This document shows, piece after piece, positions 1 to 8,497 of a stretch of DNA of 64,000 bases. The number at the start of each line of letters is the position of its first letter. Position 1 is the first letter of the stretch. The stretch covers positions 3,858,323-3,922,322 of the forward strand of contig OZ241920.1 in NCBI GenBank assembly GCA_965203885.1. Reading direction: 5' to 3'. This DNA is from a bacterium (GTDB lineage: Bacteria; JAAXHH01). The notes beneath the pieces were generated by a model. The model was not told the origin of the DNA. It saw only the letters and a program-made list of their open reading frames with translations, and made no database searches. The translations under genes and the position numbers were made by a program.

Positions 1-402
1 CTCGACGAGCCAGACCAAGCGGGTCCCGGCTGCAAAGTACTCTGCAATCTTTGCGTGCATGTCGGTCAGACGGTCCGAGGGCGAAACGACTTCGACAGCA
101 AGATCCGGTGCGAACGGCCAGTAGGTCTTGGGGATTCCGGTCTCCGGGACACGTTCCTCGGCGACGAAGGCGACATCGGGCGCGCGAACGATGTCCGGAC
201 CGCGTTGCAGTATGAACCCGGTCTCGGCGCCGCAGCAGACGCCGGTCCGGTGTGAGATTGAATACTCTTGGATGAGATGGCCGATGAGTGCGGTGACGAC
301 GCCGTGTTCTGCGCCCGTTGGCACCATGTGAATGATCTCTCCTGCGACGAGTTCAGATCGGCCGCCGTTGTCCGGGAGTTCGAACAACTCTTCGGCCGTC
401 AT
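1..402 (-). CDS. Uma2-family (DUF820) PD-(D/E)xK endonuclease; C-terminus runs off the window
   Basis: My own minus-strand translation from the ATG at 402-400 reads MTAEELFELPDNGGRSELVAGEIIHMVPTGAEHG...RAPDVAFVAEERVPE...FAPDLAVEVVSPSD. The ELxxGxI, PDVAF and PDLAVEVxSPS pattern is typical of Uma2. It is absent from the ORF track because it has no stop inside the window. Confidence 0.6.
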   Translation of the reverse strand, partial: MTAEELFELPDNGGRSELVAGEIIHMVPTGAEHGVVTALIGHLIQEYSISHRTGVCCGAETGFILQRGPDIVRAPDVAFVAEERVPETGIPKTYWPFAPDLAVEVVSPSDRLTDMHAKIAEYFAAGTRLVWLVE

Positions 403-516
403 GCCTGAGCGTTGGGCCGGAACGGCCATCGATCCCTCCTCATTGCAATGCCGCGTGGGCCGCCCATTGTAAGCGATGGTGAATGGCGTTTCCCCAGTCT
501 GCCCAACGCCCGCCGG

Positions 517-954
517 TCAGCCCCGGGACTCGGTGTGGGACTCCAGCGTGACGGTCGTGTCGGGAGTCGCGGCGGCCACCGTGCCGTAGAGGGGACAGCG
601 GGATTTCCAAAGCGCCGTCAGCACCTCGGCATCGTCGTCGCTCACGCCCCACATCTCGATCCGGACGCGGACCGAATCGTAGAGGGTCAGGTCACCGTGG
701 TCCTTGTCGGGGTCGCGGTAGGCTTCCACCGAGACGTCCATCCATTCCAGCGGGGTCTTGTCGGCCGCGGCGATCCGCTCCACCATGTTGACGGCGCAGG
801 CGGCGACGCCGGAGAAGAAGAGCTCTCCGGCTCCCACCTCTTCCCCTCCCAGGTCGTCGGCCACGAAATGGTGGGTCCGGGCGCTGCAGATGGCCCGGCC
901 CAGGGTTCCGGTGCTGTAGCTTCTGGCCTTGTACGCGAGCTTCAACTCTCCCAT
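517..954 (-). CDS. OsmC/Ohr-family peroxiredoxin-like protein
   Basis: 145 aa. Two conserved-Cys contexts are present (SGVAACAVNM and KSRCPLYGT), and the size and pattern are typical of the OsmC family. Confidence 0.7.
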   Translation of the reverse strand: MGELKLAYKARSYSTGTLGRAICSARTHHFVADDLGGEEVGAGELFFSGVAACAVNMVERIAAADKTPLEWMDVSVEAYRDPDKDHGDLTLYDSVRVRIEMWGVSDDDAEVLTALWKSRCPLYGTVAAATPDTTVTLESHTESRG

Positions 955-993
955 GTTCGTTCCCCCCGATCGGATGCGCGACGTCTCTCGGAC

Positions 994-2445
994 TCAGGCG
1001 CTCAGCAACTTGTTCACCACGTTGCCGCCCACGTCGGTCAGACGGAAGTCGCGGCCCATGTGGTGGTAGGTGAGACGGGTGTGATCCAGCCCCAGGCAGT
1101 GCAGGAGCGTGGCCTGGAGATCGTGGACGTGCACCGGGTCCTCCACCGGATACAGTCCCAGCTCGTCGGAACGGCCCACCACCTGTCCGCCGCGGATGCC
1201 GCCGCCGGCGAGCCACATGCTGAAACAGGTGGGATGGTGGTCGCGCCCCGGTTCGCCTCCGTGGATCTCCGGCTCTCCCATGGGGGTGCGGCCGAACTCT
1301 CCGCCCCACAGCACCAGGGTCTCCTCCAGCAGCCCCCGTTGTTTCAGATCCTTCAGGAGCGCCGCCGTCGGCTGGTCCGTATCGTGGCTGTACTGCTTCA
1401 GCCTCTTCTCGAGCCCGTGGTGGAAATCCCAGTTGGCGTGGTTGAGCATGACGAAGCGGACGCCCCGCTCCACCAGGCGGCGGGCCAGGAGGCAATTGAC
1501 CGCGTAGGAATTGGCCCGCTTCCCTTCCCGGTTGACGCCGTACTCCTCCAACAACTGCGGCGACTCCTGGGAGAAGTCCAGCAGCTCCGGGGCCGCCATC
1601 TGCATTCGAAAGGCCAGTTCGTAGGAGGCGATGCGGGCGTTGATCTCGGCGTCGCCCGTCTCCCGGTACCGTTTCTCGTTCAGGAGCCGAAGCGCGTCCA
1701 GGTGCACCCGCTGGATCCGGGAATCGACGCCCGGGGGATCCGACAGGTAGAGGATCGGGTCCCCGGTGCTCATGAAGGGGGTCCCCTGGTAGATGGAGGG
1801 CAGGAATCCGTTGGACCAGTTGTTCTCGCCCGCGCTGGGCCGGCTGCCCGTGCTCAACACCACGTAGCCGGGCAGATCCTGCGACTCGCTTCCCAGGCCA
1901 TAGGTCACCCAGGAGCCCATGGTGGGATGTCCCAGGATGCTGGTTCCCGCGTTGAGGAGCAGTTCGCCCGGGTCGTGGTTCACGGCGTCGGTCTGCATGG
2001 TGCGGATCAGGCAGATGTCGTCGGCATGGGCGGCGGTGTAGGGCAGGTAGTCGGAGAACTCGGTGCCGGACTGCCCGTGGGGCTTGAACTCCCGGGGGCT
2101 GCCCATGAGGGTGGCGGTAGGCTTCAGGAAGGCCTGCTTGAGGTTCTTCCTCATGGAGACGGGCAACTGCTGGCCGTGCCACTTCCGCAAGGCCGGCTTG
2201 GGATCCAGGAGATCGATCTGGCTGGGTCCCCCCGACATGTAGAGGAAGATCACGCGCTTGGCCGTGGCCGGGAAATGGGGCCCCTTGGGCTCCAGGGGAT
2301 TCACCACGCTGTTGCCGTTGGGGATGGCGGCGGTCAGGCCTTCGCTGGCCATGAGATGGGCCAGGGCCAGGGAGCCGAACCCGGCGGCCGTCCTTCCCAG
2401 GAATGATCGTCGATTCGGCAGAGATCCAAAAAGATCAGGGTTCAT
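994..2445 (-). CDS. DUF1501 domain protein (sulfatase-like) with a TAT-type signal
   Basis: 483 aa. N-terminal NRRSFLGRTAAGFGSLALA, then FLYMSGGPSQIDL, NHDPG and WGGEFGRTP motifs. It lies 5 nt downstream of a PSD-type gene, which is the usual pairing. Confidence 0.85.
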   Translation of the reverse strand: MNPDLFGSLPNRRSFLGRTAAGFGSLALAHLMASEGLTAAIPNGNSVVNPLEPKGPHFPATAKRVIFLYMSGGPSQIDLLDPKPALRKWHGQQLPVSMRKNLKQAFLKPTATLMGSPREFKPHGQSGTEFSDYLPYTAAHADDICLIRTMQTDAVNHDPGELLLNAGTSILGHPTMGSWVTYGLGSESQDLPGYVVLSTGSRPSAGENNWSNGFLPSIYQGTPFMSTGDPILYLSDPPGVDSRIQRVHLDALRLLNEKRYRETGDAEINARIASYELAFRMQMAAPELLDFSQESPQLLEEYGVNREGKRANSYAVNCLLARRLVERGVRFVMLNHANWDFHHGLEKRLKQYSHDTDQPTAALLKDLKQRGLLEETLVLWGGEFGRTPMGEPEIHGGEPGRDHHPTCFSMWLAGGGIRGGQVVGRSDELGLYPVEDPVHVHDLQATLLHCLGLDHTRLTYHHMGRDFRLTDVGGNVVNKLLSA

Positions 2446-2449
2446 GGGA

Positions 2450-5051
2450 CTACTCCCGCGTGATGAACTCGTCCAGGTTCAAGAGGATGCGGCTGGCGCC
2501 GACCCAGGAGGCCGCTTCCGGCGGAGCGATTCCGGGAAACTCCACGGGAAGGGTCAACTGCGTCAATTCCTGCTCCTGCTCCAGAATCTCCGACTGGCGG
2601 CGCATGGCCGTTTCCAGCCACTCCAGTTCCTCGGGAGCCGGCGAGCGGGAGAGACAGAGGCGGAAGGCGTGCTCGAGGCGCTCCCGCGGATCCTCCGGCC
2701 CCTCCGTCAGGATCCGGACCGCCAGCGCCTGGGCGGCTTCGAAGAAGACCTCGTCGTTGAGCAGATTCAGGGCCTGCAGCGGAGAGTTGGACCGGCCCCG
2801 GCGGCAGACGGCCTCGTAACCGCCCGGCATGTCGAAGTTGGCCAGGAACGGATAGGGGAACATGCGCTGGTACTGGATATAGAGACCGCGGCGATAGCGG
2901 TCCTGTCCCTCGCTCGCCACCCACTTCCGCCGTTGCATCTTGCCCCCCGGCTGGGGAGGACGAACGCTCTTGCCTCCCACGGCGGGATTCAGCAGGCCGC
3001 TCACGGCCAGAGCCGAATCGCGGATCAACTCCGCCGGCAACCGCGTCCGCGTCTGGCGCGCCAGCAGGATGTTGTCCGGGTCCCGGGACTGCAGTTCCGG
3101 CCGGACTGCGGATGACTGCCGGTAGGCGGCGGACATGACGATGGTCTTGATGGAGCCCTTCAGACTCCAGCCGTTCTCGCGAAAATCGCTGGCGAGCCAG
3201 TCCAGGAGTTCGGGATGAGACGGTTCCTCCCCCTGCAACCCGAAATTCTCGGTGGTGAAGACGATTCCCCCGTCCGAACAGCTCCTGCCAGAGGCGGTTG
3301 ACCGTCACTCTGGCCGTTAGGGGATTCTCGGGACTGGTGATCCACTTGGACAGCCGGATCCTGGGAGGAGACGACTCGTCCCCCTCCGGGTGCAGGAAAC
3401 CGGGAACTCCCGGCTCAACCGGATCTCCCGTACGGTTGAACTCGCCGCGGACGTGGATATGGCTGGGACGGCCATCCGCCTCGGTGGCGATGGTCTGGGC
3501 CTGGCTCAAAGCCGGGAACCCGGCTTCCAACTCCTTGAGCTTCTTGAGCAGCTCCCCGAACTTGAGCTTCTCCTCGTAGACCTTCTTGGGCACCACCTGG
3601 CTGGAATACCGGACGAAGTGCTCGGTGAGGATCTTGGCTTCCTTCTCGCTCCGCTCCGACGGATCCTTCCGCAGGATCTTCTCCCCCATCCCGTACACCG
3701 GGTGCATGTCGCCGACGCGGACCGTCCCCACCGCCTTGTCCCAGTTCTGCCACCGGCCCGGATGGGCCATGGCCTCCAGCAGCTTGGCCTCCCAGGCCGG
3801 CTGCAGCTCGGGCACCCGGTATTCGGTCAACAACTCGGCTCGCTGCTTCCGATAGGAAGCCACTTCCCGCAGATAGGGCCCCATCTCCCCCGGCAACGGA
3901 GCGTCGATGTTCACTTCCTCCGCGTCATTGAAGAAGGAAAATAGCCGGTAATAGTCCTTCTGGCTCAAGGGGTCGTACTTGTGGTCGTGGCACTGGGCGC
4001 AGCCCACCGTGAGTCCCAGCCAGACCGTCCCCACGGTGTTGATCCGGTTGATCACCTGCTCGAAGCGGAACTGCACCATGTTGGTTCCGCCTTCCCGGTT
4101 GCTGGGCGTATTGCGGTGGAACCCGGTGGCCACCTTGGACTCGATTCCGCCGTCGGGAAGCAGGTCTCCGGCGATCTGCTCCAGAGTGAAACGATCGAAG
4201 GGCAGGTCGCGGTTCAGGGCTTGGATGACCCAGTGGCGATAGCGCCAGGCGTGGGCCCGGAAGTCGTCCTGGCGGTAGCCGTCGCTGTCGGAATACCGGG
4301 CCAGATCCAGCCAGTGGCGGGCCCACTTTTCGCCGAAGTGGGGAGATTCCAAGAGCCGGTCGACGGCATTCTCGTAGGCGGTATCGGTCTCCTCCTCCAG
4401 AAACGCGTCCAACTCGGCCAGCGTGGGTGGGAGCCCGGTGAGGTCCAGGCTGAGGCGCCTTATGAGCGTCGTCTTGTCCGCTTCGGGGGAAGGCCCGACG
4501 CCATCGGCCTCCAATTTGGCCAGGACGAAGCGATCCACCGGATTCCGGACCCAGGACGAATCCTTCACCGCCGGCGGAACGGGACGAGTCAGGGACCGGA
4601 ACGCCCAGTGCGAAGACTCGGCTTGCGGTTTCTCCCGACCCGTGTCCGCGTCGACCTCCGGCCAGCGGGCGCCCTGGTCGATCCACGCGCGCAGGAGCCC
4701 CACTTCGTCAGAGCTGAGCCCCTTCCCTCCGGGAGGCATGACCTTATCCGGAACCAGACCGGCGACGAGCTGGATGAGCCGGCTTCGCGCGCTGTCGCCG
4801 GGCCGGATCACGGCGCCCGACTCGCCTCCCCGCAACGCGTCCTCGGCCCGGTCCAGCCGCAGGCCCTTCATCTGCTGCTGCGGGCCATGGCAGAGGTAAC
4901 AGCGGCTCTCCAGCAACGGCTCCACGTCTTTGGAGAAATCGACGGTCTTCCCGGCTGGCGGCGGCAGCTCGGACGACTCTTCCGGCAGCGGCGCCGCCAG
5001 AGCGGCCGACAACAGGAAAATGGGCAGAACTGGGATAGTGAGGTGTTTCAA
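2450..5051 (-). pseudogene. PSCyt1/PSCyt2/PSD (DUF1549/DUF1553) protein gene interrupted by a 1-nt frameshift near 3266-3271
   Basis: ORF 2442..5051 reads as a good protein up to ...TVNRLWQELFGRG. This part has CYLCHG, HFGEKWARHWLDLARYSDSDG and GLTVGCAQCHDHKYDP. It then turns into Arg/Gly/Pro junk. ORF 2450..3238, in the +1 frame, continues ...[16 protein letters not shown]...NLDEFITRE. It is colinear with the intact paralog at 14530..17082. The gene is either decayed or carries a sequencing error. Confidence 0.8.
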
Positions 5052-5134
5052 GAGATTCTTCCCGAACTGAGTTAGTTCCTACATGGAACCCTGGCTTAAA
5101 GTCAACTGAGCCTAGTTTACTCTCCCTCAAATAG

Positions 5135-5315
5135 ACGTAGGGGCGACCCTTGTGGTCGCCCGCCCGGAAACGGCGGCCAAGTCGTCCCGGGGGGAGCTTG
5201 GTACTGGTGGCGTGGCTTGGACCGAAGAGGGCACCCACAAGGGGTGCCCCTACGGGGATTCAAAATCGAGGCTCGATCCGTTATGAACACCTGTATTTGC
5301 GGGACGGCACACTAA
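5135..5315. repeat. Bipartite REP/MITE-like intergenic element, copy 1 (about 180 bp)
   Basis: Contains hairpin GTAGGGGCGACCCTTGTGGTCGCCC (5137..5161) and hairpin GGGCACCCACAAGGGGTGCCCCTAC (5229..5253). Its reverse complement aligns by hand to 43717..43897 with about a dozen mismatches. Confidence 0.8.
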
Positions 5316-5327
5316 CCCACGCCACCG

Positions 5328-6830
5328 TCACTTGAACCGGATCGAATAGAGGTCGCCGTCCCGGACCAGAATGCGCAGCCGCACGGCCTGGCCGGCCAGA
5401 TGGGACAGGTCCGAGCCCCGGTCCCAGGTGACGGTCTGCTCGATACTGTTGCCGTAATGCTCCACCGCCTGCATCAGACCGTATCCCGGCAACGGATTGC
5501 CGTCTGCGTCCTGGATCTCCACCCGCACGCTCCCCGCCGCCGACGTGGCGTAGTTCACGACCAGATTCCTGCCCTGGAAGATCAGGGGCCGGGTCACCAG
5601 TTCCCCGCCCCCGTACGTGGCGTTGACCGAGACGAAACCGTCGGTACGCAAGACTCCGCGGCGCAGATTGATGCTGGGGAGCCGAAAGTGCCTCAGAACA
5701 TAAACCGACATCTCACCGGGTCCGGTCGGCACCAGGCCGGCAGCCACGTAGTTGCTCCGGTCGGTCCAGTCGAGGGGATCCGAACCGGGCCGGACGAAGG
5801 CCTCCAGGTAGCGCCGGTCCCAGTTCGCTCCGTCGCGGCTGAACATGAATACCGAGTCCGAGAGACCGACCCCTCGCAACGAATCGTATTTCTCGGGCAA
5901 TTCGGAGCGCCGGTACTTCATCAGCCTCTTGGGAAAGGCCACGTAGATGTGCGGAGCCCTGAAGTAGGGAGTCGCGGAGAAGGTGTAGAGCTGATCCGGC
6001 GGAGCTTCGCCCATGTCGATCCAGTCGGGGTAGGTCCAATTGACGAAGTCTTCGGAGGTGGTCACCCGGACGCTCCGGGTCCGCTCGCCGAGTCCCGGCG
6101 ACAGGTACATGTCCCGCAGATAGGCCTGGTAGCGCTCCCGTCCAGCGTCCCAGAAGATCACGTTGTGGCTGTCGAAGCCGTTGATCATGGGGACCGTGGA
6201 CATGTCGTGCTTCATGAAGAGCCCGCTGCCCTTGGCCTTCCAGTGGATTCCGTCGGCGGATACGAGCAGGTAGAGACCGCGGTTGATGCCCCCCACTCCC
6301 TTGTATTGTTCTTCGGGCGCCACCTGGGGATTGGTGTCCCGAAAGGCGAAGAAGTTGCTGGTGGGGCTCCCCCAGTCCCCCGGAGGCCCGGTCAGGATGA
6401 TGTTGTTCTCCTTGCTCCCCTCGAACTCGACCAGGCCCAGCTTGGGCCGGGTCCAATGGGTGCCGTCACGGCTCTCGGCGTAACAGGTGTTCATGGGCCA
6501 TCCCTTGCCGCTGGCCGGCATGTCTCCGGGCCGTACGCACCGGTAGTACATGCGGTAGAGGTCCCCGTCCTTGAAGACGGTGATGTAGTGATTGCCGAGC
6601 CCTTCCCAGGGGGCGTCGAACTTGAGCACCGGCTCGGTGAGCCGGGGCCGGTGCATGCGCAACGAGAGTCCGCCGCTCATGCGCTCGATCAGGAAATCGT
6701 CGACGAACGGCTCCACACGGGAGCCGATCTCGATGGGTTCGGTCGACGTCTTGTGGCTGCTGCCGGCCGGCAACGCCGTCGAAACCAACAACAGAGCAGC
6801 GGGAATGACGAATTTCGATGGTGATCTCAT
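5328..6830 (-). CDS. Secreted hypothetical protein; beta-propeller glycoside-hydrolase-like is a guess
   Basis: The ORF track gives 5328..6854. I prefer the ATG at 6830, which has a GGAGG 8 nt upstream and begins MRSPSKFVIPAALLLVSTALPAG (signal peptide). The Trp/Asp/Gly-rich repeats resemble a GH43/32-like fold, but no catalytic motif was verified. Confidence 0.6.
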   Translation of the reverse strand: MRSPSKFVIPAALLLVSTALPAGSSHKTSTEPIEIGSRVEPFVDDFLIERMSGGLSLRMHRPRLTEPVLKFDAPWEGLGNHYITVFKDGDLYRMYYRCVRPGDMPASGKGWPMNTCYAESRDGTHWTRPKLGLVEFEGSKENNIILTGPPGDWGSPTSNFFAFRDTNPQVAPEEQYKGVGGINRGLYLLVSADGIHWKAKGSGLFMKHDMSTVPMINGFDSHNVIFWDAGRERYQAYLRDMYLSPGLGERTRSVRVTTSEDFVNWTYPDWIDMGEAPPDQLYTFSATPYFRAPHIYVAFPKRLMKYRRSELPEKYDSLRGVGLSDSVFMFSRDGANWDRRYLEAFVRPGSDPLDWTDRSNYVAAGLVPTGPGEMSVYVLRHFRLPSINLRRGVLRTDGFVSVNATYGGGELVTRPLIFQGRNLVVNYATSAAGSVRVEIQDADGNPLPGYGLMQAVEHYGNSIEQTVTWDRGSDLSHLAGQAVRLRILVRDGDLYSIRFK

Positions 6831-7131
6831 GCACTTGCCTCCAGAGTCGAGCATTGTCGCAGATCCGGGTGTCCCCCGTCGGAAGGATCGAATTCTATTC
6901 GGCCGAATCGCCTCGAAACGTCAACCGGACAGCGACCCGATCCGATGGAGTTCGGCAAGCCGTGATTGGACGAGGAGAAAGGAGCGCTGGCGATGGCTGC
7001 TTCACGGTGTTTTCTGCCATAAGCCGAAGATGACGCCGGGTGGATGTCACCAGGGATGTTGCTGGATTGGTGATTTGGTGCTATTGTGTGAACGTGTTCA
7101 ATCACCAAGTCGTAAAGACGGAGACCCCAAT

Positions 7132-7371
7132 ATGCCCCGCCTGACCATCAGCTTGACCGACCGCACGCACCGCGCGTTGAAGGAAGCCGCCGCACGCCAG
7201 CGGCGTTCCATGGGTTCCATCATCGAAGAAAGCCTGGTGCTTCGAGGCCTTCAGACTTACGACACCGCGAGAGAAATCGTCGCCAGGGCACGGGCTCATT
7301 CCGGACTGAACGATGAGGATGCAACAGCCGTGGCCGTGAAGGAGACTCGGCTTCACCGCCAAGGACGATAA
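7132..7371 (+). CDS. Ribbon-helix-helix (CopG-like) antitoxin
   Basis: 79 aa: MPRLTISLTDRTHRALKEAAARQRRSMGSIIEESL. GACGGAGA lies upstream. It is the in-frame tail of track ORF 6592..7371 and sits immediately upstream of a PIN gene. Confidence 0.75.
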   Translation: MPRLTISLTDRTHRALKEAAARQRRSMGSIIEESLVLRGLQTYDTAREIVARARAHSGLNDEDATAVAVKETRLHRQGR

Positions 7372-7383
7372 CTCAATCGGTGT

Positions 7384-7839
7384 ATGTGGGCGGGGGCATG
7401 GGGCACAACGGAGCCGACGACACGGCAGGTCTTCGTCGTGGACACGAACGTCATTGTATCCGGCCTCATCGGCACCGACCCGAACAGCCCTCCCGTACGT
7501 ATCCTGGACGCCATGCTGAATGGCGATCTTCTATATCTGATGTCCAGCGCCCTGCTGGCGGAATATTCGGCCGTATTGCGCCGCCCGAGAATCGCCCGAT
7601 TGCACGGCCGAACAGGCGGCGAGCTGGATCGGCTGCTGACCGAATTGACGGCAAACGCCGTCTGGCGCCGGCCGTCCACCGACCCTCCGGCTCCGGACTC
7701 CGGTGACAATCATTTGTGGGCATTGCTTTCCAACTGGCCAAATTGCCGGCTCGTTACCGGTGACCGGCTTCTGCTTGAGAACCCTCCAGACACCGCCGTC
7801 GTCTTAACACCTCGCCAGTTGGTAGACACGTTGGTTTGA
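7384..7839 (+). CDS. PIN-domain toxin (TIGR00305-like)
   Basis: 151 aa with VFVVDTNVIVSGL near the N-terminus and TGD near the C-terminus. It follows the RHH gene by 12 nt. Confidence 0.75.
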   Translation: MWAGAWGTTEPTTRQVFVVDTNVIVSGLIGTDPNSPPVRILDAMLNGDLLYLMSSALLAEYSAVLRRPRIARLHGRTGGELDRLLTELTANAVWRRPSTDPPAPDSGDNHLWALLSNWPNCRLVTGDRLLLENPPDTAVVLTPRQLVDTLV

Positions 7840-7901
7840 CAGAATTTATTCGGGTAATTACTGTAATTACCTACTACCAAGATTCGCCGGAGGTCGCGAA
7901 A

Positions 7902-8156
7902 TTGAGCAGAGCAGCGGTCGCTAGAGAGGTGAAACTGATCGCCATCGGCAACTCCCAGGGCATCCGCCTTCCAAAGGTACTGTTGCGAAAATATGGCTGG
8001 AGCGGATCGCTCATCCTGGAGGAAAGGGAGGACCGCATCGTGCTGCACGGCAAGGAAGGGGACAAGCTGTCCTGGGAGGACACCTATCGCGCCATGGCCC
8101 GCGATAAAGAAGATTGGAGCGACCTGGACTCGACCGTCGCTGACGGTCTGGATTGA
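7902..8156 (+). CDS. mazE: AbrB/MazE/SpoVT-family antitoxin
   Basis: VKLIAIGNSQGIRLPKVLLRKYGW is the SpoVT/AbrB swapped-hairpin motif. The track start at 7836 (TTG) is probably too long. The TTG at 7902 has a GGAGG 8 nt upstream. The start codon is uncertain. Confidence 0.7.
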   Translation: MSRAAVAREVKLIAIGNSQGIRLPKVLLRKYGWSGSLILEEREDRIVLHGKEGDKLSWEDTYRAMARDKEDWSDLDSTVADGLD

Positions 8157-8488
8157 TGGCGAGCTTCCCCAGGCGATACGCTATCTTTTTCGCTGATCTC
8201 AATCCCACACTGGGGGGCGAGATCCGCAAGGTGCGGCCCGTCGTGGTGGTCAGTCAGAATCAAATGAACCAGTTTCTGGATACGATTGTCGTGTGTCCTC
8301 TGACTTCCACACTGCATCCCCGGTGGCGGAGCCGCCTGCAGATCCAATGTGCGGGAAAGAGGGCCGAGATTGCAGTCGATCAGATCCGCGCCATCAGCAA
8401 ACAGCGGCTGGGGAACAGGCTCGATCGGTTGTCCGCCGAGGAAGCGGCCCAACTGCGGCGAATTATCACGGAGATGTACGGAGAGTAG
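8156..8488 (+). CDS. mazF: MazF/PemK-family endoribonuclease toxin
   Basis: YAIFFADLNPTLGGEIRKVRPVVVVS...VCPLTS is the PemK/MazF signature. The ATG at 8156 overlaps the mazE stop codon (8154-8156). Confidence 0.85.
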   Translation: MASFPRRYAIFFADLNPTLGGEIRKVRPVVVVSQNQMNQFLDTIVVCPLTSTLHPRWRSRLQIQCAGKRAEIAVDQIRAISKQRLGNRLDRLSAEEAAQLRRIITEMYGE

Positions 8489-8497
8489 AGGTTCATC

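Noticed and set aside
412-2406. Very long ORFs on the plus strand (412..2406, 664 aa) and in another minus frame (692..2182, 496 aa) that overlap the DUF1501 gene.
   Set aside because: Their translations are Arg/Gly/Pro/Ala-rich low-complexity strings. These are typical shadow frames of a high-GC gene, and only frame 994..2445 shows recognisable motifs. The same reasoning rejects 15034..16371, 16911..17984, 18375..19772, 19894..20898, 21723..23057, 21838..23193, 23369..25012, 24099..25376, 25358..26905, 25707..27926, 29247..30341, 35520..37172, 37417..39042, 41519..42448, 45415..46581, 45702..47180 and 62159..63970.
3255-3280. Programmed ribosomal frameshifting as an explanation for the two GGGAATCG frameshifts.
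   Set aside because: There is no slippery heptamer, no in-frame stop or rare codon at the site, and no obvious downstream stimulatory structure. The intact paralog at 14530..17082 needs no shift. A sequencing error or a genuine 1-nt insertion is simpler.
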